Positions 37,795-51,000 are shown, counted from the whole stretch's first letter. The stretch is 63,404 nt of DNA, filler included, from Phoronis australis (GCA_002633005.1; 5 parts of 5 records of this genome joined end to end with filler, not necessarily neighbours in it), one strand, 5' to 3'. The notes: generated by a model from the sequence alone, not told the origin. A program made the numbers and translations.

Positions 37795-38167
37795 CATTTA
37801 AAATTATAGACGTTGGATCCATTCACGTTTTCATGATAGATAGGCTTGACGTACACTTAAGGAATACAGTATGATACAAGTATACATCCCAGTAATACTG
37901 GAAAGCAGGGCCAGACAGGACAGTGTTGTGGATCATGTATGTGTAACGGCTATTTTGTACAGAACACAATGAATCAAGATAAATAACGAGTACTGTAGCA
38001 CGACAGGAAAATATGTATGTACGTACCTCAGACTGACACAGTTACACGTGAATGATTATGCCAGTAAATGTATTCAAAGGATATTCCTGTAAATAACATC
38101 CATCGAAGGACCGCAACAGCCAGCATTTCTTCAAAACTGGCTTATCTCGAGCGCTTTGTTGTCAGAT

Positions 38168-38249
38168 TTCTTCGAAATCGTGACGTCATTGGAAATTCCC
38201 AACTTACGCCATCACAGCCCAATCAGCGAGCCAGAATCACCGGATTTCC
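38168..38249 (+). promoter_or_regulatory. Candidate immune-inducible promoter: GAS + CRE + NF-kB + CCAAT
   Basis: TTCTTCGAA 38168-38176, TGACGTCA 38181-38188, GGAAATTCCC 38191-38200, CCAAT 38219-38223, GGATTTCC 38242-38249; all within 140 nt of ATG 38307. Confidence 0.6.
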
Positions 38250-38306
38250 AAGGTGGTACTTCGATCTTCATCTCGCTGAAGCAGATTAGGTTCGGAGGTG
38301 TCGACA

Positions 38307-38514
38307 ATGTCGGAAGAAACCCGGCAATCTATCGACACTGGTGAACATGTATATGAGAATGCTGTGCTGGTCAGCAATATTCAAAATCTTTCTGAGGAGC
38401 AGTTAACAATCTACTTCCAGAGTGAGTCGAAAAGTGGAGGCGGGAAAGTCGCAGTGAACGGTTTCAGACGCTTACACGATGACTGCGCAATTGTGATTTT
38501 TCGCGGAAACTGCA
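38307..38514 (+). CDS. First exon of a protein with a PARP14/PARP10/NMI-type N-terminal RRM-like domain
   Basis: AVLVSNIQNLSEEQLTIYFQSESKSGGGKV...AIVIF has the L..YF(Q/E)S...SGGG.V signature. Donor A|GTGAGT after 38514. Downstream exons are lost at the contig join. Confidence 0.75.
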
Positions 38515-38957
38515 GTGAGTAGACGGTGAAACTTTTTTAGTTTGTTTTTCTTTAGTTGATCAGATATAGGCTAGCATTGATCGGGGGAAAGCTCAGTCCC
38601 CGTGAACATGGCGATGTACATGCCTGATTGCCAGTCCTCGGTTGGATACTAGCGAATCGGTAATAGTCGGATAACTTGGTCCCATTTCAAATTCTGTCAG
38701 GAATACTTAAAAAATAAAATGAAGTGTCGCAATATACAACTGCCCACTCTCATGGATCACGCGCGCCACTCCACTCACACTTTTTCGTGAAATCTACAAC
38801 ATTTGAGAAGATACGCNNNNNNNNNNNNNNNNNNNNNNNNNNNNNNNNNNNNNNNNNNNNTTAATTAATTAANNNNNNNNNNNNNNNNNNNNNNNNNNNN
38901 NNNNNNNNNNNNNNNNGTGCTTGTGTTAATGCTCCCATGATACAGATTAATGATAAC

Positions 38958-39038
38958 TATTATGTAAGTATAATACTGTGTATGTCCGAGTTGGTTATAT
39001 TATGTAAGTATAATACTGTGTATGTCAGAGTTGGTTAT
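38958..39038. repeat. 40-bp tandem duplication
   Basis: tattatgtaagtataatactgtgtatgtc(c/a)gagttggtta x2. Confidence 0.9.
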
Positions 39039-40062
39039 GGTTAAAACCCAAGGATTTAAATATTCGGCAATCAGAAAAAAGCATTGTGTCGTCATCATGA
39101 TGGCTAATTCTGTTAATGGCAAAAATGACTAGTAGTAACCAATATGGCAGCAGGGCTCTAATTCTCACCTGAGGGGAAAGGTGTCTGTGCCTTTGAAAAA
39201 GGAAATTTTTTGCTGAGGGGAAGATTCCGTCCCATGCCTTTCACCACCAATGCCTTAAGTAGCCTAAACTAATGTTTTGCAGAGGTGATTTGAAACTTGA
39301 AGGGAATTTTTTAATCATAGGAGGGGAATTTCGCGTGATTTTCATATGTTTTTCATAATTAAGAGTGGGGCCCAGGAATTCCGGGTCATTTCATCTGAAT
39401 ACTTTTAGTGTGTACTGTATGTCCTGCCTTCCACGTACAACATCGACTCAACGTAAGTGATGCACTGTTAGTTAATTTCATGTGAACACATTGTTCAAAT
39501 TTGGAAGGTAAAATTCTCCATAAGATTGCCATTCTCAAGGAGCTAGGTGCTTTCACAGAATTGAAAACCCGTGCGGCCCGCTTTAGTGATTTGTGTATGA
39601 GTTAAAAGAAGTTTAGCGGAGAAAATTTGGAAAAATTCGTAAGTGGGCATTTAACCCAATGTCATGAGTAAATCCAGGCAAATCTGGTAGACTTTCACTT
39701 CAAACACAAACACATTTGTAGGCCTGGTAATAATGTTGTGAGTAGCTTTGTTAAGAAGGCCATACAAGGGGTAGCATTTCTTAGCAAGACTAACTGTTGC
39801 GGTGATATTGTTACTCATCCAATTTTTTATATTTAACCTAAGATGTATTATGGGAACCTATTAGGGTAACTGTAGTGGCAAGATAAAGTTGACACCCATG
39901 CAGAATATTTAGAACATGCTTTTGTTTTTTGCACACTTTACTGAAATTTCGTTGACCCTACGTAGTTCACAACTGCAGTTATGGAGACTTGACTGTTGTT
40001 GTTAAGCCCTGTATGTACTGATGAAAAGCAAATCCAAATCATGACGTGTTGTTATATTTCAG

Positions 40063-40139
40063 GAGGATTTAACAGTTGAAGACATTAATGGAATTTTGGA
40101 TGATCTCATAGCAGGAAAGATGCCAGCAGTTGGACCTAG
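40063..40139 (+). CDS. NDUFV2: NADH:ubiquinone oxidoreductase 24-kDa subunit, penultimate exon
   Basis: tttcag|GAG...; EDLTVEDINGILDDLIAGKMPAVGPR; donor AG|GTGAGT. Matches the NDUFV2 C-terminus (EDLT..DI..I.D.L.AGK.P..GPR). Confidence 0.92.
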
Positions 40140-40937
40140 GTGAGTATCATGTTGTGGACACCAGCTGCTGTTGCTGGTGGGTTTTGGTTGTCAGGGGTTT
40201 CTGTTGTAAATATTTAGCTGCAGAAAAATCTCCTATTAAAAAAAACTGAAATTTCTCACGATTTCAACTGCCAAATACAAAACTGGTAGCTACCATTTTC
40301 ATACATTTACTTTCTGCCAAGTAAGACTAGAATGGAAATGTTTTTGCCTTAGTTCTACTCCAAAATTGATGAAATTTTGTGTAGAAATTGGACCAGTCAG
40401 GCGTTTTTGTGCGTTTTGTCTGTTTGTAATAACACACATATGCCCCAAGTTTGTGAGACATTAAAAGAAGCAGGAGCCTTCAAAATTTACAATGCCACGG
40501 TGGATGCATGTACTGTCCAAATACTTCTTAGTCTTTTTGGGCCTCACTGAAGGACTATCCACGTTTTTGGTTGCAAGCCTCATTTGTGCCTGTGACGACT
40601 ATGTAGTATAGACATTTTGACATGCGCTTACGCGAGACCTATGAAAAAAGTTACAAGTTTTTTGTGAGACCGACCTGTACAATGCAAATATGTAACTTTT
40701 TAAAAATAATTTGAACAATGAAACTTTTTAACATACTTAACACATTACAAGTGACAATGTTTTGAGCAAACAAAGTATCTGTATATAGTATACGGTGTTG
40801 TAAATACGACATTGTTCACTAAAGCCCTTGCCTGTTTTCTTGAGTATAAGTAAGCCAATTCCACTGTTGATTTTTGCTAGGAAATACACTTGTCCACTGA
40901 TAATTTACAAATTTTCGTTTTCTTTCTGGCTCTACAG

Positions 40938-41043
40938 GAGTGGACAAGGAAACAGATTTGCTTGTGAACCCAAAGGAGGATTAACCTGTCTGACAGAGCC
41001 TCCAAAAGGACCTGGGTTTAATTTACAGGCAGACTTACAATAA
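40938..41043 (+). CDS. NDUFV2: NADH:ubiquinone oxidoreductase 24-kDa subunit, last exon
   Basis: ctctacag|, phase 2. [34 protein letters not shown] matches the conserved RF.CEP.GGLT.LTEPP.GPGF terminus. AATAAA near 42019 and 42099. Confidence 0.95.
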
Positions 41044-42507
41044 CCTTACAGTGTGTAATGTTTAATTATTATTAGGACTGGATAAACACTGGGTGGCATC
41101 CTGCAACTGCTTGGTGAAATGCTCTGTGATTGGCTTGGTGTGTGTGTGCATGCAGTATGAACGATTAAGGATTTTGCCAGAATCCTTCCTCTGCTGGACA
41201 AATATCTCATTTTCGTGTAGAGTCTGCATTGCATTTGACTAAGTTTTGACTGAAGTATTAACCTTCATGCTCTCAGGCACGTATCTTATTCATCAACAGC
41301 GTGAAATGCACATTCTTCCTTTGACAAGATTTCATGTTAAACCCATAATAATCCTGCTGGCAACTGATATATTGGAGACTTGATATTCACTAGACAGTCT
41401 AATCCAGAAATGATCCTTTGAGTTAGACTTCTAATGACAACAGAAAGGTGTTCAAGTGCATGTGGGCATTTGTGAGATTAGAGTCCTTTGGGACTACTTG
41501 GATGTGCGTATTTGCACGGGTAGGACTGTTGTTTTACTAGCACCACCTAGTGAACTTAAGACCTAGTTGGATTAGCCTATGACTTACTGGTAGGAACTTG
41601 TGCGAGGTCAAAGTAGGAGACTGTGGTGCTTAGTAGTTTTGTCATTTGAGTTAAGTAAAATTACGGGTGTACGTTTGTGTGTTAAAAGGGAATGGAGTTA
41701 AACTTGATAAGATATCAAGCATTCAGTCAGAGAACATTTGATGTGGTTGACATATGATCATAAAATTGCCTTCCGTTGATTTAGTTCGGAACAATAATGG
41801 AGAAATTCTCGTCTGCAGCCACATGTGATTTTTCTAGATCTCCGTCAGTCGGGTGACAGCTGTTATAGTTCAGCCATGATGGTCATGTAGCATTTTTTCT
41901 TTGATCGCAAGTTGTTCGTATACTTGGCTTATTTGGCCCAGTGCGAAGTGCTTAAGTTAACACAGGTGAGGTTTAAGATGAGAACAATGTGCCTGTATGT
42001 GCCTGTATGTGCACTGTAAATAAAGGACGTTAGAATTGTAAAACTGTGTTCAAATTCATTAGTATGGCATATATTGTTCTGTCCACTACTTCCGTGAGAA
42101 ATAAACAGTGTCTAGTTCTGTTACAGTGACAACTTGTTCATGGAAAAGAAATAAATCATAACTGTACAAAGAATATATTTTTAGCACTTAAAGTTCTAGA
42201 AGTAACGAACAACAAACACCATCATTTAACAAATTATTGAAGCCCCATGCAGTGTGACCTTTGAAAACCAGTGTTTTGGTACATGTTCCAATTACAAACT
42301 GAATGAAGTTTATTAATTGCTTCCACAGGAAGACTCACTGCTGCTAAGTTGATTTACCGGGTATTTCAGTTTAATTTTGAGACTTCAGCTTGACTTTATG
42401 AGCACTACATGGGACTTTGACATTTATGGATTGCCGTAATACACAGTGCCATGCTTGGCACACTGAGACATCAAGGTCACAGTTACATACTGATAAATAC
42501 AAAGCAT

Positions 42508-43162
42508 TAAAAGGTGATAGGCCCTTGCTTTTTATGATTGGTTTGAATGTTTGAAATTGAAACTAGACAAGACTTTACAAGATTTTGCAAAATTTAGATT
42601 TTTTTACCACAATTGTGTTCACTCAGAGGTAATTGGCATTTCATTGCCAGTGTTTCAGACCTTTATGGGGACACCGATTTTAACTTCAAGTTTTCCATGA
42701 TTATCGTTACTTGGGGATTCATTTGTATCCAGATTAATGATCATGATTCGTTTCGATGTAGAACACACAAAAAATTCTGTTTAATTTGAGTGTAAAACTT
42801 TCTTATGCGTCAAACTCGGGACCCCGCAACTTTAAAAGGCGCATTGCTAAAATGCCAAGGATGAATACAAACATAATATAATAAAAAGTAAAATTTGCAC
42901 AAGCTGGATCCAACTGAACCAGGAGATTGTATCAGCGTAAGGCAAAATTCAACTTGCGAGAAGGGCCATGTGACTGAACCAGAGGAACCCCATTCTAGAA
43001 ATGTTAGTTGACCGAAGAACCGGCGTGGTCAAGTTTTACTTAATACTCTAGTTCAATTTTTAACTCTGCTTGTCAAGAGATTTGCAAACTTTGAACAAAT
43101 CTTGTCTAGTCTCAACTTCATGAGCTGAGCCTCCTATTCAATACGGATTCCTACTTTTTAAC
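42508..43162. mobile_element. Old non-autonomous TIR element flanked by TTAA
   Basis: ttgaaactagacaagactt...ttttgcaaaat is inverted at atttgcaaacttt...atcttgtctagtctcaa; outer ttaaaaggtgatagg / cctactttttaa. Confidence 0.45.
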
Positions 43163-44439
43163 ACCTTTCTGCTGAATCACAGTGTAGAAACAGGTAGGGG
43201 ATCTGACCAGTAACTATGTTGAGTCAGATTATTTAGTGTTCCAGCCACTATGTAGTGCTGACACAAGTTGGGTGTCTGATCAACATAGACAGTCATTGAT
43301 GAGACAAGGCAAGAAATTTTGGCTTGTAGGATATAAAGAACGGCAGTTGTAATTTGTGTACTTAAATACTATTTTCTCCTACAAATCATTCTTGGAAGGC
43401 TTTGCTGTTAGCAAAGTTCTTTTTTTTTTCAAAAGCTATGCAAATGATATTTCACTCGTTAAATATATTTATGTGAGAATATGGACTCGTCCCTCTTATA
43501 CCCCCATCTTTCGGAGTGGTCCATTAACCCCTTGTGCAGATTCGCATGCGGTCCTGCACTCGAGGCACTAGGACATTCCATTTCTAGCCTCACTATTGGT
43601 TCGTTTGTGTTACTGCCACGAGTTTGGTCAGCTCCTGGCTCCCATAGGCTGATGATTGTCACGTGTCATAGGGCTCCTTTGTTCTCAAGAAAGTTACATT
43701 TCCTGCCATCAGTACTTCGCTTTAGCAGCACTTAGGTTCGAGCTAATCTCTCTTCATTTTTTCCCACCCTCTACCACCGACCCTCTCCTTTGGGTAGTTC
43801 CTCTTACCTGAGTGCTGGCGCTTTTTATTGCCCATCTTTCCAGAGATTATTATTTTATCTTTATGTTATTTGTACACTCATATTTCTGTACCTTATCAGT
43901 CATAATAAATGACCTTATATCGCCTATACACGGTCTCCTTTGTATCTCTGGAAACGGAGCTTGCGACGCACCTATTATTTTCGGGACATATTCCGAGCAT
44001 AAACATATCTACTGGCAGAGAAAATCTTTTATAAATTATTGGTATGGTAACTTGGTGGCAATCACCTATTTTTGATATTGATTTAGAAAACAGGTTTTTT
44101 TCAAAGATAACTGATGGGTTTTTTAGTCTTGCATCCATTCTTAAAAAACAGACCAGAACAAACTGTGATATTTTTGGCTTAATCTAAAGGCAGATCGATT
44201 CCATGAGTACCTGGACAGACACCATAATTTACTCTTAATAAAACTACTACTAAAAATCCTCAAGTTATCTATAACATTTAAGTTTCAAAATAAGGGGAGT
44301 TGACCTAGTTTTCCAAGATTGCTAAGTTTGGGGAGAGAGGGGGGGGGGGCATGGGTGGAAGTATCATCTCAACCTTTATCTTTGTGTCCATATATATATA
44401 AAGTTTCGTGATACTACAATCATACAATCTCAAAGTAAT

Positions 44440-44975
44440 CTACACAAAACTTTCTTCATTGTGCCCTTGTGGTGACACACTTGGCTCTCTGTGGACCTCA
44501 ACACTGCACAGAATCTTGTTATCCATTGGAATATCGTTTCTGTCCATGTTAACACCATCCCAGGTACAGTGTAGTGGACTGAAGTGCTCTACCTTGTTTC
44601 TTTTACTGAAATCAATCACCGACTTTGAGCGCTGGGTCTGTGGTTTACCCGGACTGCGTAAAATATCGGCAATGTCCGTATCCATGGGACAGATAACATT
44701 CCTTTTCGTAAATGGACTACTGCAGATGGCGGAGTTCAGTGACGATTTTGACTGCCGACCTGTTCTTCCCGAGCTAGGCTTATCGCTATTCAGTGATGCT
44801 TTTGATTTGTTTTCACAGCTTCGACTTTCTACTGAATTTTGCTCATTAGGAGGTGGAGTTACGTGGGATGCCGCCGGCGACTGCACACGCTTAGGGGTTG
44901 AACAGGATGACATGATGCGATCTATCTCCTCCTGGCATTCTTTGTCATTCATCTCATCAATATCCTGCATTTTGC
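44440..44975 (-). CDS. Unknown protein, terminal exon (disordered, Ser/Pro-rich)
   Basis: Acceptor ttctactgtcag|, phase 1. Open about 178 codons, GKMQDIDEMNDKECQEEIDRIMSS...HNEESFV*. Confidence 0.75.
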
Positions 44976-45580
44976 CTGACAGTAGAAATATCAAGGAAGT
45001 ATAAGTTATTGCCTAGCAGAGAATATTGGCTCGTTGAAAAATGAATGTGTACTGATGTTTCATGAGACACTTTCTGCTTGTGGAAGTACACAGATAAACC
45101 AATTTGTAGAAATAGTAACTTAAACACATGATTATAAAAAGAGCCATATGATACAAGATTAAGCAATGCTTTAATTACGCCCCTAATGTACAATAACATA
45201 AATTTATCTTTAAACGCAGCGTGTCACCACTCATGTATTACCCATCAGAGCAGCTTACTAGCATTCATCACATTTCTCAAGTATCGAACACTGTGTTTTG
45301 TATCAACAGAGTTTGAAAATAGACTTCACAGCTCATAAAATCTTAAAAAGTAGCTGTCGACACAACATTTGTATGTATCCCATTGAGTTGAAGGATCGTT
45401 TACTGTTGGTTTAATTACTAAATTTTGGGATAGCTAATATTGCTTATTTCTTAAATCTAAAATAAAATAATAAATTTTTCAATGACCCAATTACCAAAGA
45501 ATTTTTACCGTTCTTCCACTAACTTAATTTAAAAGATGGTGCTGTTCCTTTATTACAAAGTAGTTAAATTAGTAACCAAC

Positions 45581-45674
45581 CATCATCATCATTGTTGGGG
45601 TCAGTAGGAACATCCATCTCCGTCTGTTCAACTATCAGTACTTCATCCTCATCATCAGAAAGGCTTTCCAGGTT
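45581..45674 (-). CDS. Unknown protein, penultimate exon (acidic)
   Basis: Acceptor tttcatttaag|; NLESLSDDEDEVLIVEQTEMDVPTDPNNDDD; donor G|GTTGGT. Phases 0 and 1 fit both neighbouring exons. Confidence 0.7.
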
Positions 45675-46295
45675 CTTAAATGAAAGTCGACAAATATGTA
45701 TTTTTAATGATGAATGTTATTAAATGAATACTGAATTTCGCTGCAACCACCCGAGAACACTATCAAAATCAACTGTCATTTGCAAAGGCATTTATTTTCC
45801 CAAATATTCCTTTTACAATACGAATATGAGTGTTATGAAATAACAACCATGAAAATAACAATAACAATTATAACAATACTAATAATAATAAAACTAACAA
45901 CAGAAATAATTATAGTAATAACAAAAATTACGGTAATTTTCCACTTATTTCGCACAAAACGTTTTGCCAAAATTGTCATTTTCCATTTCAAGGGCTGCTT
46001 TAACTTTGCTACAATAGTGTAAACTTTATAATTGTGACGCTATCGTCATCAAAGTAATCGTGATTGCAGTGACCCTTGCTGGTGACTTCAATGAGACCAA
46101 AGTTGACTGTTATTTTGACCTCATCAAAGCGTTGACGCTCCACCATTAAATCCACATTTTAACTTCGAAGATAACTGGCGATGTTAACTTCGATCCTAGA
46201 CCAAAATTAACTGCATACTGACTGCAACTCTCTAGAACATCGACACGACAACATAATTTAGTGTGAAAGGGTCTACAGCGACACAGTAAACCTAC

Positions 46296-46460
46296 CTCAG
46301 AATAGTTAGGCAACCCATCATCACCACTCTCCATTTCAGTTTGTTTAGACAGTGAACTGTTCTTGGCTTTTAGCCTGTTGTTGCTCTTTCCTTTGATCCA
46401 TGTTGAGGATTTGCCCTTTGACCTCAGCCACTTCATCACCTTGGACTCTGGATCTATCAC
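46296..46460 (-). CDS. Unknown protein, internal exon (basic)
   Basis: gttgttgtag|; VIDPESKVMKWLRSKGKSSTWIKGKS...GLPNYSE; donor GAG|GTAGGT; 165 nt, phase 0/0. Confidence 0.7.
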
Positions 46461-46922
46461 CTACAACAACAACAATGTTCAAAGATAGAGAAAGAATAAT
46501 TACGCAGTGTTCTTATTTCATTTGAGTCCCAAAATTTATGTGGCGCTTTTTTTAATCGCCTATCTTTCCGGAGATTGATGTCATTTTGTTCATCATAGTT
46601 TATTATGTTTCATTCTCTTACTTTGTAAAAATATAAATGACCTACAGTATATTTCACTAAAAATGGTCTCTTTTTTGTCTCTGGAAACTGCTTGTAGTGA
46701 CACAGATTTATTTATGGTCAGGATATATGCCAATCATAAACAATGCAAAACGTGCCGACAACTGCACCAGACAAAATGTATCTAGGGGTGTTAATCAGTA
46801 TCATAAAATTTGGCGACCATATNNNNNNNNNNNNNNNNNNNNNNNNNNNNNNNNNNNNNNNNNNNNTTAATTAATTAANNNNNNNNNNNNNNNNNNNNNN
46901 NNNNNNNNNNNNNNNNNNNNNN

Positions 46923-47254
46923 TTCAAAAACGCACTTTTCGGGGGTGGCGACGGGGCACTGCCGGGAATCAACACAGACGGAATGGCATCCTTCTTCAGG
47001 CGTTGTTTCGCAGGGACCTTCATCAGTTCAGCATGCAAATCCCGTTCGTAACCGGAGGGCAGAAAGTGCTTGCCACACACACGGTTATTCTCCACTGCTT
47101 TGTACGTTGCGTGGACGGGTAACGCTGCGTTCTTCACACGAACGAGCCAAGTACGGCGAAGTGTGTCATCCATCGGAAAGCAATGCAAAGGTACTCCCAA
47201 AGCGCGCGTGAGCCAATAATTAGTACATTCCGGTACGCAGCAACAGTGTGGCAT
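46923..47254 (-). CDS. THAP-domain protein N-terminus (probably a transposase), truncated by the spacer
   Basis: MPHCCCVPEC...LHCFP......W...RVCGKHF...RLKKDAIPS contains the full C2CH THAP signature and an AVPTIF-like box. Confidence 0.9.
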
Positions 47255-47523
47255 GTTGACTAACTAGTTAATGAAAGCAAGCGACGACGGAACTTAACAC
47301 AACCGAGGTAGAACAATGACTGACTCGGCAGCTCTCACAGTCAGACTATATGAAAAGAAATTGGCGCAAAATGCTTGCCTCCTAAAACGTCACTTCCGCA
47401 GTAGCGGACGAGTAATTAATAAAATTACAAAAAGCTGTACTTTAGTTGGAAATATGTCTAAGACAACCAACCAACCTTATTTTAGCTCAAAATGACATGG
47501 AAAAAGGTTGCCTTCGCCTTTAA
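46923..47523 (-). mobile_element. Left end of a Kolobok-like DNA transposon
   Basis: Minus strand TTAA|AGGCGAAGGCAACC (TTAA at 47520-47523) lies about 265 nt upstream of an intronless THAP ORF. The other end is not in this contig. Confidence 0.5.
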
Positions 47524-48020
47524 CAGGTGTGCTCTTATGGAGATGGCTGGGCAAAAATGCCGATGTGGTTCAGACTAACCTGAGTGACTACAGTGGAGCA
47601 TGCTGGTAGCAATTTTAATTTTTTATATTTGTCTCTTTATCTTTAGAGTTCTTATATGGATTTGCGTGAAATTTGGCAAATTACTGTGTATTTAGGTGAA
47701 AACAATACCGTTCGATTTTCAGCTGAAGAATTTGATATAATCTGCAGTTTTTTCTCTGCTCCTATAGCATGAAATTTGGCACAGTTTTGTATTATAGAGT
47801 CAATGCTTTCCCTGTTTCAGATGGGTTTGATGTATTCTGCGCCATCTACAATATTATTTTTGTGGAAAATTTGTTAAGCGTTACAATAATTCTGTAAAAT
47901 TGTACTTCTCCACTCTATATTAAGAATGTACAGTTATGTCATGCGGCCCATAGGGAAGTGAATGTCTTGGAGTGAATTTCTCAACAAAAAGTTTGCATCA
48001 CAGTTTACTTTCTTCTTCAG

Positions 48021-48084
48021 AGAAACAACTGCAGAAGTTGGACAATTTTCCTTTAGAAGAAGACAAATCCGAAAGGACATATAG
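48021..48084 (+). CDS. Possible internal exon of an unknown + strand gene
   Basis: Strong acceptor tttactttcttcttcag| and donor AG|GTAAGA; KQLQKLDNFPLEEDKSERTY. Confidence 0.4.
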
Positions 48085-51000
48085 GTAAGAATAGTATCTT
48101 ATTCACGAAAATAGTTATGCTGTCTATTTCTCTTGTCATAAACATTCCATGTTCAAGTGCGGTAAGTGTTGGTGCTAGCTTTGTTAGGGGTTTTTGCTTT
48201 GATTAGACTGGGAATTCTTCAAATTCATCGACACAACTGAATTTCTTCCAAAATGTGTCAAGCCTGGCACTGTCCAATGAGTTAGGTATCCAAAGTGTGT
48301 ACCTGACTAACTGTTCAATGTTGCACTCTTGTGAGTGTAGACAACTGATTCTACGGTAAAGTCGCGCGATTTTCGGACACTGAAAATTAATATCAATAGA
48401 AAAAATTCATTCTTGGACGAAACAATCTCGCGAAACATCATTTTTTGTGGTGTCCAAATTTGGCAGAACTCCAAATTTGGGTTACAGGTAGTGTCCCAAT
48501 TTCATGGGTGTACATTGTTTTGGTGAGCGGTCGTAGTATCAACATTTCTGGCTCGGTCATTTGATAGCAGTATAAGTGCAGGTCAATAAGACTCCAACGG
48601 TCTGCGCGATTAATTTTTGAAAATCTAGCTTTCCCAATAAGAAATGTGCGTTGTCAATGCACAAAGACCGTTCCCGACAAGTGTTGATTCTTCTTTTCAA
48701 ACATGCGCTTTCTCAATATGAAATATTCGGCTTGCATCGCCGATGCTCAAAAACCGTTCTCGGCAAGTGACGGAATCTTATCAAAAATGCGCCATCTCAC
48801 TTGAAATAGCGGGCTGCCTTGTGAAAAAAGAGTCTTCCTGGTGACAAATATGGGCTTTCCAATGAGTGGGTCTGGTTTGCGTTGTTGACGCACATGAAAC
48901 GTTCTAGACAACTGATTCTCTTTTGTAAAAATGCGTTTTCTCAATAAAAAATTGTCGAGTTTGCGCTGTCAACCCACAAACAGCGCCTCAATAGGCGCTT
49001 TTTTAATATGATTTCCCAATAAAAAGCTGGACGTACAAAGCGGGTTCCCAACCTTCAAAACATGCGCTTTCTCAATTTTAATGAATTTTGCATTAAACAT
49101 AACAGTAATGGATGTGGGAACGAGTTCAATGAAGAAAGTGATGGACAATGACCAGAGGATAGTATATATTTATGTTTGTTAAACGTATCCATGCATTGTC
49201 TGCTGGTTACAAACCGAAATGCAAGTTAACTCTGACACGTTTATTTCCATATTAATTAACTGAAAGCTCAGTTTCAACATGAAAACTTCGAATGAACAAT
49301 TCTACATATGTTTAGGCCTACTGCAAACGATGGGAATGCGTCGACTAGTACAGTGCTGCGCGGCTGAAGTCACGATTAACTAACATATTGTATATATAAC
49401 GGCGTTGTCTAGAAAGCGAATGCAATTTCAAATGCTACCAACATCAAATTCACCCAACCGTTTTTTACAATTAAAACCTTTGTCATCCAAAGCCCTTGAA
49501 ACGCCCGAAGTTAATTCAGTGATACACTGGCGCGTCTTCATGCAACTGAGGTGACCTAACACATCTGGGTTCTTTTATGTTTTTAACCACAGTGAAAACT
49601 CTGACTTGTGAAATCGGTTTGTGGATGAAATGAAACTGATAATCGTTAACACTTTCTGATAATCTGCGTGGAAGATAACAGAGCCGTTTCTTCTGGTCGT
49701 CACCAGTTGAACTCTGTCGACAGTCGTCACCAATTTCGTGCAGCTCAGTCTCTCTCAGTCACTACTAATTTTCGCCGCCCCTCCCCCCCCCCACCTGCTG
49801 CACACCAATGTCGATTTTGTGCCACTCAGTAATTCTACACGAGTCTGCTAGGTACTCCCCCTGCCAAGACAGTTCTTGCGTACGTTGATACAATAGGCTA
49901 CTGGCCAGATACCGATTGTTAGATGAATCGACTAGTGACGACCTGAAAAGAAAACGAAAACATTGGGACAGCGTGAACTCATCAAAGACTGGTCTACTAT
50001 TTATATACTTACTTCTCTTCCTTAATATATTCTTAACCAATTACAATCCATCTATGTCGACCGTTTTCATTTCATTGCGTCATATATATGCTACAGTTAC
50101 AGAAAATAGTTCTTCCTACAGGTCTCTGCTGATGGACGTCACACACTTATGCTAAAATTTAAAGTATGAACAGTCGCGAGTTTACTAAAGTCTCATTATA
50201 AGTACAGAAATATTGTTGAAGAATAACAGTGACTATTTGAAGAGGGGAATACATAACAAAATAAAATATGGAAACACCAAACAAAAATCAAAACAACACT
50301 AACCTGTTGCAATAACGCCTTAAACGCGAACATACTGACTGACTTGCATGAACGGAATGTTAGTTGAACATGTTTGTAGAACAAAACTGTCTCAATGAAA
50401 TTTTCATGGTTTACAGGTTTAAGAAGATCCACCTTAGATTTCCGTATATAAGTCGAGCAGAATACACTATAGTATGCCCAATTTGCGTATCTTGAAATTT
50501 TTCCCTAAAATATACCTGGGATGCATATCTGAGAATAAAAATGCATGCTTGAAATCTAAAAATAATGCTATGCCCAGTAGAATATAATTAGGGTGAGCTA
50601 CAGTATTTGTACTGTGTTCGTGTATTCGGCATTGCCGAGTATAGGCCCTGGTGTATTTTTTCATAAGACGTTTGGTTTCCCAAACTTATATACAGAAATC
50701 GCTGGTAATACTTCCCAAAATTATTTACCCTTGCTGCAGGTTACGCATGACCTCTGGTAAAAATAGAACAATAATAATTAGCAATGTAACGGTCATCTCT
50801 TTTGAATCAAACACAATTAAATACACTTAGAGTTGAAATGCCTCTAAAACTATCTGAACTAATACAAAAAGCATGGTCTGTAGGTTAAGATCACGTTTCT
50901 TTCTTGTCTCAAAACTATGAAGTGAAGGCAGTGACATGGACAAGAACACCAGGTTCTGTGGAAAGTAGATATGGAACTCCAGGTTGGAAATACGTATAAG

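Noticed and set aside
38307-41043. Fusion of the RRM exon to the NDUFV2 exons
   Set aside because: A contig spacer lies between them and the phases are incompatible (1 versus 0).
44408-45004. 198-aa plus-strand ORF
   Set aside because: Antisense shadow of the minus-strand exon, which has splice support; no plus-strand domain was recognised.
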